Position numbers and translations under genes: made by a program. Positions 13,471 through 26,849 of a DNA stretch of 64,000 nucleotides are shown here, piece after piece. The DNA is from Mobula birostris (taxonomy: Eukaryota), in the NCBI RefSeq assembly GCF_030028105.1, contig NC_092379.1:28327821-28391820 (forward strand). The letters are read 5' to 3'. How positions within the stretch are numbered: the first letter of the stretch is position 1; the number at the start of each line of letters is the position of its first letter. A model generated the notes under the pieces. It made no database searches. It saw nothing but the letters and a program-made list of their open reading frames with translations, and was not told the DNA's origin.

Positions 13471-14269
13471 TGAAAGAGAAAGAGGAGGAATACGTATCGA
13501 GAACATGAAATGAATAAATCCTTGAAAGTGAGTCGATAGCTTGGAGGAACAGTAAAGTGATGGCCAAGTTATACCTCTCTGGCTTAGCAGCCTGATGTTT
13601 GAGAGGCAAAACATTTTCCTTATACTGGAAACGTAAGTTCTGAGCCACATTTACTTTCTGCTCGATGGCGAATCGAATAGGGTGCATCATCTTGGTGGTG
13701 GGGGTCCCTGATGATGGATGCTGTTGTCCTGCTACAACGATATGTGTAGTAATGATCAATGATGTCGAATGCTTTACTGAAGACGGACATGGGTCTTTGA
13801 AGTACCGTTTGTAGGAAGTTCGGCTGAAAGGCATTTGCTGTTTCCATACAATTCTCTGATGAAGCCTGTCAAAATTATCTTAAGTAGAAGTTTGTTCATG
13901 TCAGATCCTATCTCCTCAAACTGAAGGAAGGAGAGGCGCTGTTTCCGAGGGGCAAGACATTTAAAGTTGCTGATACTCTACGTCTGACTCCCCTGATATG
14001 TTCTGGTACACGTAGCTCTGTTTTCCTCCACCTGAAATTAATATTCAGCTCCTTGGTCTAATTGGCATTGAATAGCATAGTATTGTCGTGACGCCATTCA
14101 GATTTCAATCTCCCTCGGCTCTACGTATTCGTTAAATTCTTGATTCGACAAAAGATATCGTCAGCAAATGTAAATATAGCACTTTAATTAACGTTAGTCA
14201 CATAGTCAGAAGTATAACGTGAGTACAGTATGGGGGGCAAAGCGCACAGACATGCGGTGCAACCGTGCT

Positions 14270-14820
14270 GATGGAGATTGTGTGTGAGATATTGTTGCTA
14301 ATCCTAACTGATTGGGTCTGCATGTGTGGAAATCGAGAAAACAAATACACAAGGAAGAACAAAGGCCTTGAAACGTTTTGATTAGTTCTGAGGATATAAA
14401 AATATTGAATACCCGGCATATGCTTAAATGAATTATATTAATGCCTTTTAACTTAACTAATTGGTTAATAAAGAAAAACAACAAGAAAGGGCACATTTTA
14501 GTTAAACTGTCAAATGTTCACAGGTGGGAACTCAGCGTTTCTCCATATTCAGCAATTTTCAATCGATCATCGCTCCTGACATCATCGAATCACGATCCCT
14601 CACCGGGTGGAATCATACGACCTGTTCTCTCCAGAGTCTTCTCTCTTCATCCCCCACCGAACCAAAGCCCCAGGCCCAATGTTATTGTCCCTCTCTAGAT
14701 AAACTTCCTATCAGTTCTATCATCCTAATTGGATGCAACAGATTCAGTTTCATCGCTTATTATCACCGATAACTCAAACATGCTGAAAGCAGAACAGATT
14801 GCTCTTACCACGGCATCATA
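14270..14820 (+). pseudogene. Possible highly degenerate IgH-like V pseudogene
   Basis: Signal-like MEIVCEILLLILTDW from 14270; acceptor GTTCACAG|GT at 14523. Frame-shifted pieces PGGIIR/TCS, PNQSPR, SS*LDATDSVSSLIIT and LKAEQIAL/YHG are colinear with PGGSLRLTC, PGQ.P, LD...SL.IT and LKAEDTALYYC. No clear RSS. Confidence 0.35.
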
Positions 14821-17257
14821 CTGTCCCCCTTCTCCCCCAAAAAAGTCATGTCTTCATAACTTCGAAATTATTTGTCATGCCATCATTACTAACACCGTTT
14901 TCAAAGGAATTTTGAAAATGGTCAAAATCTCCAACCCATTTGTTAATGTACTGACATATCTCTCTGGTAGAATAGTTGTAACACTTTGCCCGGGGCTACA
15001 AAGGCCAGACTATATGGGGGTCTTCTGACAGTTTGAGATGTCCTTATTCCATCATCACCGTTTTCAGTTTCAGAAAATCTTGGGGGTACTACGAGTCTAC
15101 CTTGCGAGGCTTCCCCCGATCAATTACTTGTGCCTTCTGGCAACTCCGACCGCTCAGTCACTTGCTTGAGCTCAGCTTCAGTTTCAGTTACGTCAGAGCC
15201 CAGCTGGACTGCATGGTGCAGCTGCAGACCTGACTGACAGCTTTTGATGCACACGATTTCAACTGTCTCGGCGTGTGAAGAGTTGGAACTCTCTTCCTAA
15301 TTTATTGGGGAGTTATCAGAAGGCAGCATGTACTACACCGTCAATTCCTCATCATTCGAGTCCGCATCGCATTTTGAAGGGTGTGGAGAGGGCGTGTAAT
15401 TGTTTTGCTGTTGGGTCTTCAGTCTCCCGACGTCGCCACAGAGCCCACTTACTAGCTGAAAGGTCCAAGTCAGGCCAACACGGATCTCTTGTCTTACCTC
15501 TTCACATTTCACATCACATCTCACTCGAAAAGACTCCGAAGAGCTAAAATAATATTTGCCACTTTTTCTTTTTGACATACTAACTTTTTTCGCCGAGGGA
15601 GGGTGACTGCACAGAAGCTGATTTGTAGGGTGAATCACTGTAGAATAGGTCTTCACGAACCTCCGATAGTACCGCAGAGTCCAGGAAACGAAGCCTGGGC
15701 GCTCACAGTCTGGGCCCCTGGCTAGGTTGTTGCAACCTCTATCTTGGATGGATCCATATCTACTCCATGTGAGGGACTAGGTGCCCACTGAGTTGGCAGA
15801 CTTAACACGTAAACGTTGAGAACTGCCAATTCAAGTGAACAATCCATTAGAATGAAATTGCTATTATTAAGGTTATGCAGCTAGGTGGGAAGTGATAAGT
15901 TTTATTCATGCTGCCCAGTGTAATATGTCGTTCTTTGCTGTGATGCAGTAGAGGAAGATAGGAAAAAAGGCAGCCAAATAAGCACTATATCAACAGAATG
16001 CGTTGTGCTTAGAAGCCTCCATATCCCTGATTTTAACGGGGGCTGAGAGAACTGGATAGATGGCATAGCTTGATATGCTAATAATACACTTAGAGGAATC
16101 ACAGAATACGTTCCTCAGGAATGAGTCCTTGTTTACCATGTAAGTTTCTCAGTTATATTCACAGAGTAGTCAAACAAAATTATCGAAATAATTTTGGTTT
16201 ACTGTTGGCAGACGGGGGTATTAGTGTAAAGAAGATGCAAACTGCAGACCTGAGCTGGTCAGTTACTGAGAGCTAGTTGAGAAGGTCTGAAGTGATCGTA
16301 TTCACTTTCAACGACTGTCAGACTTGTAAATACTTACTGAGAATGAAATTGAGCTTCAGTTTTCTGCTTATTTCATGACATTATTTGGAATGTAGCAGCT
16401 CCATAATATGGGGGAATTATTCACTCAAACGAATGTTTGTCAGTACACAGACAATGAGGCTGAAATGCCAACTATTATGTCAAGGAACCTGAGAACAGAA
16501 AACAACTGGAAATCACCGAAACTAACTACTTGTTTCTTAAAGATTACAGAGCTTCCTGTTCCATTCCGCTCAATCTATCTAACTTCATAAGTACTGATTT
16601 ATATGTATCAATTTACACAACATAAGTACACAATATAAATGCCAGAACCTGATTACTATGTAATGTTTTCAAGGTGCATACTGTGCACAAGGGTTGCTGC
16701 AGACACTGAGCGTTTCAAGCAAATGTTTGCTGGTGTTGAAGTAAAACTTGAACTATCTTCAATGAACTGGTTGCTTGTTAGTTCCACGTTTATAGAAAAA
16801 AAATCAATAATTATCAACCGCAACTGAAGAAACTGCACCGCAAAGCCACCAGAAACTGAAATGTATTTTATTTCTTCCTTCGGGATCATTTTGCGACAGG
16901 CTTTATATTTCAAATTTCCTTTTAGATTAAACATTCTATATTTTTGTACGTCTTGAATGTTGAGCATCGATTTCATAATACGAACAGAGAGATGCAATGA
17001 GAACATTGTCTTCTGAAGTATAATATTAAAAAATTCAGTAAAGGACCACAAAATACCAGATACACGATATTATTCAGTAGGAGTGTGCTGCCTCAGAGGG
17101 TGCAAGTCTTTGAAATGTACAGCTCTCTTGACTGGAAGTGAGAGTAACTGTCCATTTAAGAATCGCCTTGGAATTTTCCTGCATCGTCTCCCCCTCCAAG
17201 GGCAGTTTAGCCATTTTTGCAGTGACATTATTAGACGCAGTATCTGCTGAATTGTTT

Positions 17258-18069
17258 TGATAGGACGCAGAAGTGGGCTGAGAAGTGGCAAATGGAGTTC
17301 AACCCGGAGAAGTGTGAGGTGGTACACTTTGGAAAGACAAACTCCAGGGAAGAGTACAAAGTAAATCGCAGGATACTTGGTAGAGTGGAGGGGCAAAGGG
17401 GTCTAGGGGTACAAGTCCATAGGGCCCTGAAAGTTGCCTCACAGGTAGATCGGGTAGTTAAGTAAGCTTATGTGTGTTAGTTTTCATAAGTCAAGGGATA
17501 GGGTTTAAGAGTCGCATTAATGCAGCTCTATAAATCTCTGGTTCGGCCACACTCGGAGTACTGTGTCCAGTTCTGTTCGCCTCACTATTGGAAGGATGTG
17601 GATGTATTGGAAAGGGTACAGAGGAGAGTACCAGGATGCTGCCTGGTTTAGAGAATATGCATTATGATCAGAGATTAATGAAGCTAAGACATTATTTTTT
17701 GTTGAAAAGGAGGATGACAGGAGACAGGATAGAGGCGTACAGATATTAAGAAGAATAAATAGAGTGGACAGCCAGCGCCTCTTCCCCGGGTACCACTGTA
17801 TAGAACAAGAAGATATACCTTTAAGGTAAGGGGTGGAAAGTTCAAGGGGTATATTAGAGGAAGGGTTTTTACTCAGAGAGTGGTTGGTGCGTGGAATGCA
17901 CTGCCTGAGTCAGTGGTGGAGGACAGATACAGCAGTGAAATTTAAGAGGCTGCCGGACAGTTATATGGAGGAATCTAATGTGGGTGGTAGGGTTTAAGTG
18001 TCGGCACAACATTGTGGGCCGAAGGGCCTGTAGTGTGCTGTACTATTCTATGGTCTATGTTCTATGTTC
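17258..18069 (+). mobile_element. CR1 3' fragment
   Basis: AEKWQMEFNPEKCEVVHFG and LEYCVQF motifs; (TTCTATG)n tail; same subfamily as 60380-63074. Confidence 0.88.
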
Positions 18070-18249
18070 CAAACATAACCACGGAGCTCTTGAACTCCAT
18101 CCTGTGATTTCCGAATCTCAACAAAACTGTAGCTCCGTCTACAATTCTTTGGAGCTGCTAGATATACTCCTATATACTCTAAGCTGAGCCGGCAGGGAAC
18201 CAGCTGAGAGCTGAGAGGTCCTCTGTAGGGCAGATAAATCACTGTATTG

Positions 18250-19440
18250 ATCACAAATTCTGGTTTGCTGAAAGATCGGTGCTTCGTTGTCGACTGAAGA
18301 AGTCGGAATTATCTGGCAGCCATGCAGAAAAACTCTCTGCAATAATATCGAAAAGCCAATCGTCGGAGCCGGCTGACTTCAGTTATCTCTCCCTTCCAAA
18401 TGGTGTGGCTCTTCAACAAAGACTTTCAGCGACGTGTCGATGACAGACTCTGACACCTTCTTTCGGGCAGGCAGCTGCAGTAAAGTCCTGAACTGAACCC
18501 AGTATATTGAGGATGACTTTGAAATGGGACAAGTTACAGGAGCAGTATTCGTTGACTTAACAGCAGCATACGACATTGTGAATTACAGAGGCCTTCTACT
18601 GAAATTATCTAAAATGTTAAAGAACGAAACCACAGTCAAAGTAATAAGTAGTCTCCTAGAAAATCGTAGATTTTATGTAGAAATTAATAGAATCGAGAGT
18701 AGGTTGTGTCTATACCAGAACGGACTACCACAGGGCTCAGTGCTGGCACCTCCACTATTTACTGTCTGCACAAATGATCAACCAACCTTTCCTAACACAG
18801 GCAGGTTTATCTATGCAGACGACTTTTGCATACCAACACAACCTAACTCTTTCCAAGAAGTTGAAGTACGGCTTACAGCAGCCCTCGAAGCAATGAAGCA
18901 GTATTATGAAAAAAAATGTCTCTGAACCCAAATCCATCAAAAACTCAAGTGTCTGCATTCCACCTGAGGAATCGAGAAGCAGCTCGGAAACTCAAGATCT
19001 TCCGGTGTGGGAAGGAGTTCGACCACCATCCGACTCAAATTTACCTGGGCGTGACACTAAATAGGAAGTTCTCATTTGCCACCGATATCCTAAACCACCG
19101 AGGGAATGTTGCCTCTCACAATCCTCTCTTGAAAAATTAGCATGCTCGAAATGGGGAGCTAATGCTCACACACTTTGATCAACTGCCCTAGCGTTCTGCT
19201 ATGCACCTGCAGAATACTGTGCACCTGTATGTGGCAGATCAGCCCATGCGAAGAAAATAGACCCGTTGCTTAACGAAGACTGCCGAATAATCACGGGCAT
19301 ACGGTGCCCCACGCCCACTAACATTATTTACAGACTTGCAGGCATTGCTCCATCAGAGATCCGAAGACACACTACAACAAAAACTGAAATAGGTAAACAG
19401 AACTCGGATCCACGGCACCCAATACAGCTTCCGGAACCTG
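18250..19440 (+). mobile_element. RTE-X-like non-LTR retrotransposon RT fragment
   Basis: TGAVFVDLTAAYD, NGLPQGSVLAPPLF, FIYADD, LNPNPSKTQVSAFHLRNREA, CRIITGIRCPT...LAGIAPSEIRR. Confidence 0.75.
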
Positions 19441-21109
19441 TTCATAAGCTTTCAGTATATACTGCTTCACAATATCATAATCAAGTGCTTGCTCAGGTGT
19501 TAAAGCTGTGTAAACTTGCTGTGCTTTACCTTTAACTGCACTTTGTACCATCAATGGCCATTTATCTTTCGACCACTCTGAAATTAGAGCAATACTTTCA
19601 AAATGCTGGAAATATTTATCCACTTCTGCTTAAATAAATGTAGGAGCCAATATAACTTCCTGTCTCGCAACAAACGGTATCCTAGAACCAGATTACTGAT
19701 TCTCAGACTTTAATTTCCCCATCGGTAGCTCAAACACCCTCTGTTTATCTGCTTCTCTAGCTGCAAATTTACTTATCCTATTCGCTTCTCTTTCGGCCAC
19801 CTCGGATTTAAATAATTAAAACTTTATCTGTTCGATATGTAATTGTTTCTCTAGATTACTCATTAGAAACATATCTAACATTTCTTTCTGAAAATAATCC
19901 GAATTTGAATGATTTTCCTCTGAACTATTGTCTTTGTTGTAACTTTCGAAATTGCTTTAAGGTCCAACTTTCTAGTAATCTCGGATACATCACCCTTTCT
20001 CACCTTCGCTAATACCTCCCGGTCTGGTGATGCCAGTAAGTCATCAACATTCATTGCCGCCGAATATCACCCACAGTTCAATCAAACAAAAGAATCGGGT
20101 TTGTCTTTGTCCAAAGCAAATTGATAATTAAACAAGCCCTTAAGCTCAAAAACGGAACATAACCCGAACGAGCCCCCAGTTTCCCTTAAGTGGTCGGCAA
20201 CAATGAATAATAGCACTGAGTCAGGTTTTATAAACAAACATAAACGTTTATCAAACACAGCTCAACAAATTTAAAAAATAAACAAAAAAGCTTAACAGGA
20301 ATGTATCTGCTATAAGGAAATTTAACAACAGCCAAGCTCTGGAATGGTTTTTAAAGTGGTAAATTCGAACACAGTCTTAAAGTGTTAATTTGGAAAGTCC
20401 AAGTGATTTATACAGTCAGTAAGGAGAGACTTCCTGGATAACTGATTTCTTCGAAGACGTGACGTTGCTGCTGATCCCAGCCGAGAGAAGTCTTGTCCAA
20501 AAGATTCACTACGAAGGAAATAAAGCGGCTTAAAGGAACTGATCTTTTTTTTTTTCATGGAGAGTGAGCACTGCACAATCCTTCCTGATCTTGCAGGGTT
20601 TTTCTCAGATGCAGGCCACAATTCCTTTACTAAGATTCAATTAGATCGATGCTTTACAAAACCCCTGGACGACACCCACTTTACTCAATCCTTCGGGTTC
20701 CCGTAATTTGGTAAGGGCTTCATTCTCCAGTACCAGACTGCAATGGTAAAACAAAGGAGCAACAAACAGGAACTGCCAGCTGTCGGCGAAACTGACGGCA
20801 CAACGTTTTTTCCTTATAATAGAAAGTAAAACTCCACTTTAAAAAGAAACTGCGTTATGAGACGAATACGCAGGAAATAAACGGACGAACTAACGAAACT
20901 GCGCGACAACAGGAATTTCCCCTTTATACACCTCTTGGAACATGTCATCACGTGACCTCACATCGGCAGGAGAATTACATCGTGTGACCTCACACTGGCG
21001 GGAAAATTACATCACCCCACCATCGCAAGACAATTACATCATGCTCACAAGATACTCAATTACATCATGGTCATAAGACAGTCACAAGATACCCACGAGG
21101 TATGTGACA
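19439..21109 (-). mobile_element. Gypsy (Gmr1-like) LTR retrotransposon 5' part: LTR, PBS and truncated SCAN-related gag
   Basis: Minus-strand DKYFQHFESIA...W.KDKWPLMVQSAVKGKAQQVYTAL...DYDIVKQYILKAYEQVPEA. PBS TGGGGGCTCGTTCGGGTT at 20178-20161. Putative LTR start TGTCACA at 21109, with AATTACATC repeats. Confidence 0.7.
20161..20178 (-). promoter_or_regulatory. tRNA-Pro primer-binding site
   Basis: TGGGGGCTCGTTCGGGTT matches 16 of 18 nt of the tRNA-Pro PBS TGGGGGCTCGTCCGGGAT; lies upstream of gag. Confidence 0.75.
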
Positions 21110-22884
21110 CAGTTCATATCTAAAACGCTGGATAACGAGTTGTCAATCAGAAACACGAGAATAATTGCAGTTGCTGCCAATTCAAAGCAATACGCAAAAT
21201 GTTAGAAGAATTCAGCTGGTCAGGCTGTAATGATGGAACAGAGTAAACAGTTAACATTTCGGGCTAAAACCCTTATTTACAACTACGAAGGAATGATGTA
21301 AACGTCCTCATAGTATGCATCCCTTGAAGACTCTTCACAGTGGAGTAGCCAATAACAAACACGACAATGTCTGCAAATGCTGGATATCAACACAGAAATA
21401 CGGAGGAACTTCTATGAAAAATATTAAAGAGTCGGAGTTTGGGCCTGGATTCGTTTACACGAGAATGCACTGTTTGCATTGCTGCTACGTTGATGACAAA
21501 CTTGTATCAGTATCATCTGAGGAAGAAGCGGTTTCTGCTTATCAAGACGTTGCAGCAATTTGTGCGAAAGGCTGTTGTCAACTCTCAAACTCGATAAGCG
21601 ACACACAGCGTGTTCTCACTGTGTACCAGAGGAGGAATGAGGGAAGTGCATGACGGATTCTGATGTGAGTTAAGATATAGTTTCAGTGGAGAAGATACTC
21701 TGCATGGAATAATGCATTCCGTCTGATACTTTCAAGTTTACGATCACAACCCAAGTTAGACTACTAACTATAAGGGGGAGTGGGGGGTGTGTGGCGTGTC
21801 GTCTCACTGTAACCTCCGTATGTAATCATTTAGGAATATTCAGTCTAGTGGTGCTGGCTGATCAGAAGATACTACAACATCAGTGAGAAGAAGATCTTGA
21901 TCGGGCTGACACTGCAGGGATGTCAGTTGTTCTTCAGTAGACAAGCTGGCTAGAAGAACGTTATCAATTGGAAGGCGCCGAGTTTGTTTGAACTTTGCAG
22001 CCCCTGGATGATGGAGAATTTAGTTTTGCACAGTTACAACGTTTTTCAGACACAAGTGAAGTTGGCCATAGAGCAGTGACATTCCTCCTCTTACACAATC
22101 CGCCCTCTAAGGTGCACAGTGCTCTTATCATTCGAAACAGTAACGTAGCTTGTTTTTCAAGACAGACTGTCATCCGTCGTATAGGTCCCTTCTTCTACGA
22201 TGGCAAACCGTACGGCCACGTTGTGGTTTCGTGAGGCAATGCATTGGTCTGATACTACCTCTCCATGCAGGTATAGGAAGATCGCCATTTCCAGGTTACG
22301 AACTTCCAGAAATGTTCAAGCTCTCACAGGCATCTGAATGGAAGATTGTTAACGTTTAAAACAACCCGCCAGATGTGACCACCAGAGATTTGATGTTACA
22401 TGCATTCCTGACAAAAGCGGTAGCTGTGCGAGTACCTCAATATCCTCTTACGCTCGTAAGGGAATGGCCGGCGATAACCACTGCTAGTTTATCTATAACT
22501 GAAAAAGCGTGTCAAAATAAATGTAGAAAATATTAAAGAGCAGGTAGAATTGTAATCCATCTAACACGTATAACATATACAATTTATCACTTCTTAATTT
22601 GGACACGTTTTGAAGAAAACGGCGGCCTGAAATCTTAAGAACTTGCTACCTTTCCTCGTCTTAAGGGAAAACAATGGAACATTGCAATGGAAGTGATTTC
22701 CAGATTAATTTTCAAATTTGCATACAGAAAGAAGTGTGGAATTTAATAGAATTAATGTCAAACTGAATCCAGAACCTGAAGGTGCAGTTTGACTAGTTAG
22801 TGGACAGCGTAGTAGGATAGCTATGATCGAAAAATCTAAGCATACTATCATAGTGGCAACGGATCTTTATATCTTAGTCATTCT

Positions 22885-23765
22885 TCTGTTGGATATATTT
22901 CAAAAGTTGGATGCATCAGCAAGGGAGATGAGGCTGAGTACAGGGTTACGGTGTGGAACTTGTCACATGGTGTGAGCAGATTTCTCTGCAGCTTATTGTG
23001 AAAAAGACTAAGGAACTGGTGGTGGACATGAGGAGGGCTAAGGCACCGGTGACCCCTATTTCCATCCAGGGGGTCAATGTGGAGCATGGTGGAGGATTAT
23101 ATATACCTGGGGATACCAGCTGACAATAAACTGAACTGGTCAAAGAACACTGAGACTCTCTACAAGAAGGGTCAGAGCCGTCTCTATTTCCTAGGGAGAC
23201 TGAGGTCCTTTAACATCCGTCGGACGATGCTGAGTATGTTCTGCGAGTCTGTGGTGGCCAGTGCTATCACGTTTGCTGTTGTGTGCTGGGGCAGCAGGCT
23301 GAGGGTAGCAGACACCAGCAGAATCAACAAACCCATTCGTAAGGCCAGTGATGTTGGGGGGATGGAACTGGACTCTCTGACGGTGGTGTCGGAAAAGAGG
23401 ATGCTGTCCAAGTTGAATGCCATCTTGGACAATGACTTCCATGCACTACATAATGTACTGGTTGGCACAGGAGTACATTCAGCCAGAGACTCATTCCACC
23501 GAGATGATACCCTGAGCCTCATAGGAAGTCATTCCTACCTGCGGCTATCAAACTTTACAACACCTCCCTTGGAGGGTCAGACACTCTGAACCAATAGGCT
23601 GGTCCTGGACTTATTTCCATCTGGCATAATGTACATCTTATTATTTAATTATTTATCGTTTTGTATTGCTACATCTGTACTCTATTCTTGGTTGGTACAA
23701 CTGCAGCGAAACCCAATTTCCCTCGGGATCGATAATGCATGTCTATCCATCTATCTATCTATCTA
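22885..23765 (+). mobile_element. L2-clade LINE 3' fragment nested in the BEL/Pao element
   Basis: YIYLGIPADNKLNWSKNTETLYKKGQSRLYFLGRLRSFN...ESVVASAITFAVVCWG; (CTAT)n tail. Confidence 0.85.
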
Positions 23766-23920
23766 CCAATCTAAAAGGTGAGATATTGTGAAAGGAACTA
23801 AACACTGTCTTTAGGTTGCGTCGAAATGTTGGATTCCCGGCGCTGCTGCCCCTGTAAGAAACCTTTTGCAGGTGTGTTCTTTGCAACCTGTTGCACACAG
23901 TTCCAGGATATCAACCCATA

Positions 23921-23922
<2 letters not shown>

Positions 23923-23964
<42 letters not shown>
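23923..23964. repeat. (AT)n microsatellite
   Basis: Perfect AT dinucleotide run. Confidence 0.95.
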
Positions 23965-23967
<3 letters not shown>

Positions 23968-26849
23968 CAGTTTGTCTCCAGTTAAAACTCCATTTACACG
24001 TGCAGGAGTGGACTGCCTTGGACAGTTTAAGGTGAAGGGAAGAACCAGTGCAGTGAAGAAGTATGTGGTTTTATTAACCCGTTCATGTATACGAGTTATT
24101 TACATTTAGGCGGAATCTTCTTTGGACACAGATTATACTGTTAACTTTATAGCGAGAGAAGTACAAGTTAGGGAACCTCTCTCGGATAATACGACAAACG
24201 TTATTGAAGCTGAGAGTGAGCTAGGCCGGACCATTGAAAACTGGAGCGATTCAGAGATCACTGATGTCCTCCTACAGAAAGGAATTAAGTGGATTTCGAA
24301 CCGCACCCACAGATGGCTCATATCATGGTGGAAACTTCAGATATCAATTAGGTCTGAGTGAACGTATATTAGTTCCAATATGAAGGTATACAATCTGGAC
24401 GAAGAGGTTTTTCCACGCAGTCCTTTGCAAAGAAGTGGCTATTATCAATGTGGTGCAGTCACTAATGCATGCCCTGACCACAATGATTTGGAAGAATAGA
24501 CATCAAACCATCCGTTGGTTCAGAAGAGCACACAATGCCCTTCCGGGGAGTTCCTTAAAGAAGGCATATTTGCTCGTCGTAAATGGAAGCAAGTAGAATA
24601 TATGACGAAAATGACTCGATAATGGTCGGCCAATGAGTACTTACCATTGTTACCGGAACGTCATAAAATCTCAAGTATAGCGCGCATTTTTTTCGCAGGA
24701 GATATTATGATTATAGTTTAAACGCAGGGCCTCAGAACACATTGAATATTCAAGTCTTTCAAGGAAGAAGATGATTTCCGCAGTAGGTGTGCATTAAAAT
24801 CTATCTGCCGGGCACGTTTATAAACAAGATTAGTCTATCACTGGAGCCACTGGTTTGAGTAACTACAGTCCTAGAGCTGCTGGTTGATTGTCTTGAGGAT
24901 TTTGACTTGACTTACTGCCTTGACAACTCCATTATGCGATGGTATCCTCTGGCCTAGGACATTTGCATATATGTTAACATGTTTACGGATGAAAATATCA
25001 TCTCTGCTATTTCAGTTGACTGTAGTAATTATGATATTTCAATAACTGCTGGCGGAGATGAGGTAGCCCTGTATCTGTTTTCTGTTTGTCTGTATTGTAT
25101 TTTATGTTGTTAGATTTATTGTTACGATCATTTATCATTTGACGTTGGGATTGTTGAACGAACATTATATAGTCACATGTTCAGCCTTTGTGCCGTAGAT
25201 TGAGCATAGTTTTTTTTTTTTTTGGGTCCTTATTTCACTATTGCGCTTAATATGCTAATTGTGACTTTTACGCTGAACGCCTCAATATCGCTAATTTTGA
25301 TCACCTGTCTTTTCTTGTTTCGTAATAAATTACCGAGCATCCTTTGTCGACCTGATAATCAGTTATTTTGAGACACATAATACACTGCTAATTCCTTGTT
25401 CATCATCTCTGAGGATTTTTTTTTCAACTTGCTGCTACGAGTGGCGACGAGGTACTTTCATACCAGCCCGAGACAATTCATCATTATCATCATCAGCTGC
25501 CATGCCCAGTTTGAGCTTTGGCTGCCATGGCCCATACACTCCTGTTTCGGGTCAAGGGAATCAATTCATTGCTATTCATATCTAGTTCTTTGGCTGCCAT
25601 CATCATTTGTCTGTGCCTTCCTTTTGCTTTCCTCCTTTCAATCTTTCCCATAATTATCATGCACTAAAACTCCTCTTTCCTAATCGCACATCCAATGAAG
25701 TTACTTAATGCACAGCACTATATTTTTTCTTCCGAATGGTCATCGAGACGTTCCGGTTAAAAAACCAAAACAAAAAGAGAAAGGTACACGTGCTTCCGGA
25801 GCATTCGTAATTGCCCTGTTCGTAAACAGAGTGTACGGATAATAGTAATAGAAAGTAATCATAAACTGGGCAATATATAAAGGATTGAGCATTTTTTTTT
25901 CTTTTTTTTTTTTGCTTTCAGAAGTGGAATTAAATCTGATGTACCTGAATGAAGGAAATTAACAGAACACTGACAATTTGTTGATGGTGTTTGTGAACAT
26001 TGATTTGGTCGTTCAGTTTAGTTTGTGAAAATTTACGACAAAACATTTAAAAATACTTGCTGGTAACACAGCTCATATTTAAAAGAACAATTATCATGAA
26101 TGTATAAATGAAAACCGCAGCAGAGACGCAATTCAGTTGCGGTCAGGAATGAAATTCAGCGTGACAAACTTACAACGTCTTAGCAGATACGTGCCTGCTG
26201 ACAAAATTGTGTTTCCGTTTTTGTAGGGGCTCAGACACATCAGAGCAATGCAATTTTAAAGGTGAACGTTGCAGAGGTATGCAACAAGGTAAGGCATATC
26301 GGGCAAACGGGAATGAACGGACTGCACAAGGAAGAGCAAGAGAAAAAAAGTCAAGATTCAGTTTCCAAAGAGCACTAATCAGCCTGACTTTGACGATGAA
26401 TTCTAATAAAGAAAAGTGTCAATGGATGTGCAGCCTTGAGATTCATAATCTGTAAACTAACAAGAGACAATCAGTAAGGGATAAACAGAATAGAACGGTA
26501 AAATAATAAACACTCTCTCGGCTGCGACAGTCAGTCTTTCCAATGAGTGTGTAAAAAAAAAGCTGGCAGATAATCAACCTATTGTGGAAAACAGATGACT
26601 ACTGTAGGAATGACATTAGTAATGGAAAATGCAACAGTCAACAAGACCAGCAATGTGGGTCGCTTTTGGCTGAGAGGACTACAACTTGATTGGAGATGCA
26701 TCCAGCGTTTGCTTGCCAAATCCCTGCAATGTCAACTGGAAGTGAAGTAATAAAGGTACTGGATAATGCCACAGCAGTGTTCAGTATATTTCAGAGATTT
26801 TCCAGCGGATCAAGAGTAAAATAGTATCAACTGAATATTTCACACACTG

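Larger units (their letters stand above)
21380..24950 (+). mobile_element. BEL/Pao LTR retrotransposon pol remnant, interrupted by L2 and (AT)n
   Basis: RT CYVDDKLVSVSSEEEAV; RNase H AQLQRFSDTSEVGHRAVTFLLLHN; integrase PFTRAGVDCLGQFKVK...KKYVVLL and LSDNTTNVIEAESEL...GIKWI. Confidence 0.75.

Noticed and set aside
12961-13834. 229-aa and 238-aa minus-strand ORFs
   Set aside because: They run through a (GAA)n tract and an N gap; poly-Ser/poly-Phe artefacts joined to LINE remnants.
26207-26470. V-like fragments (AYRAN, SRFSFQRALISLTLT, SLEIHNL) after a TTTGTAG acceptor
   Set aside because: No Cys23, no DxAxYxC and no RSS; fragments are not consistently spaced.
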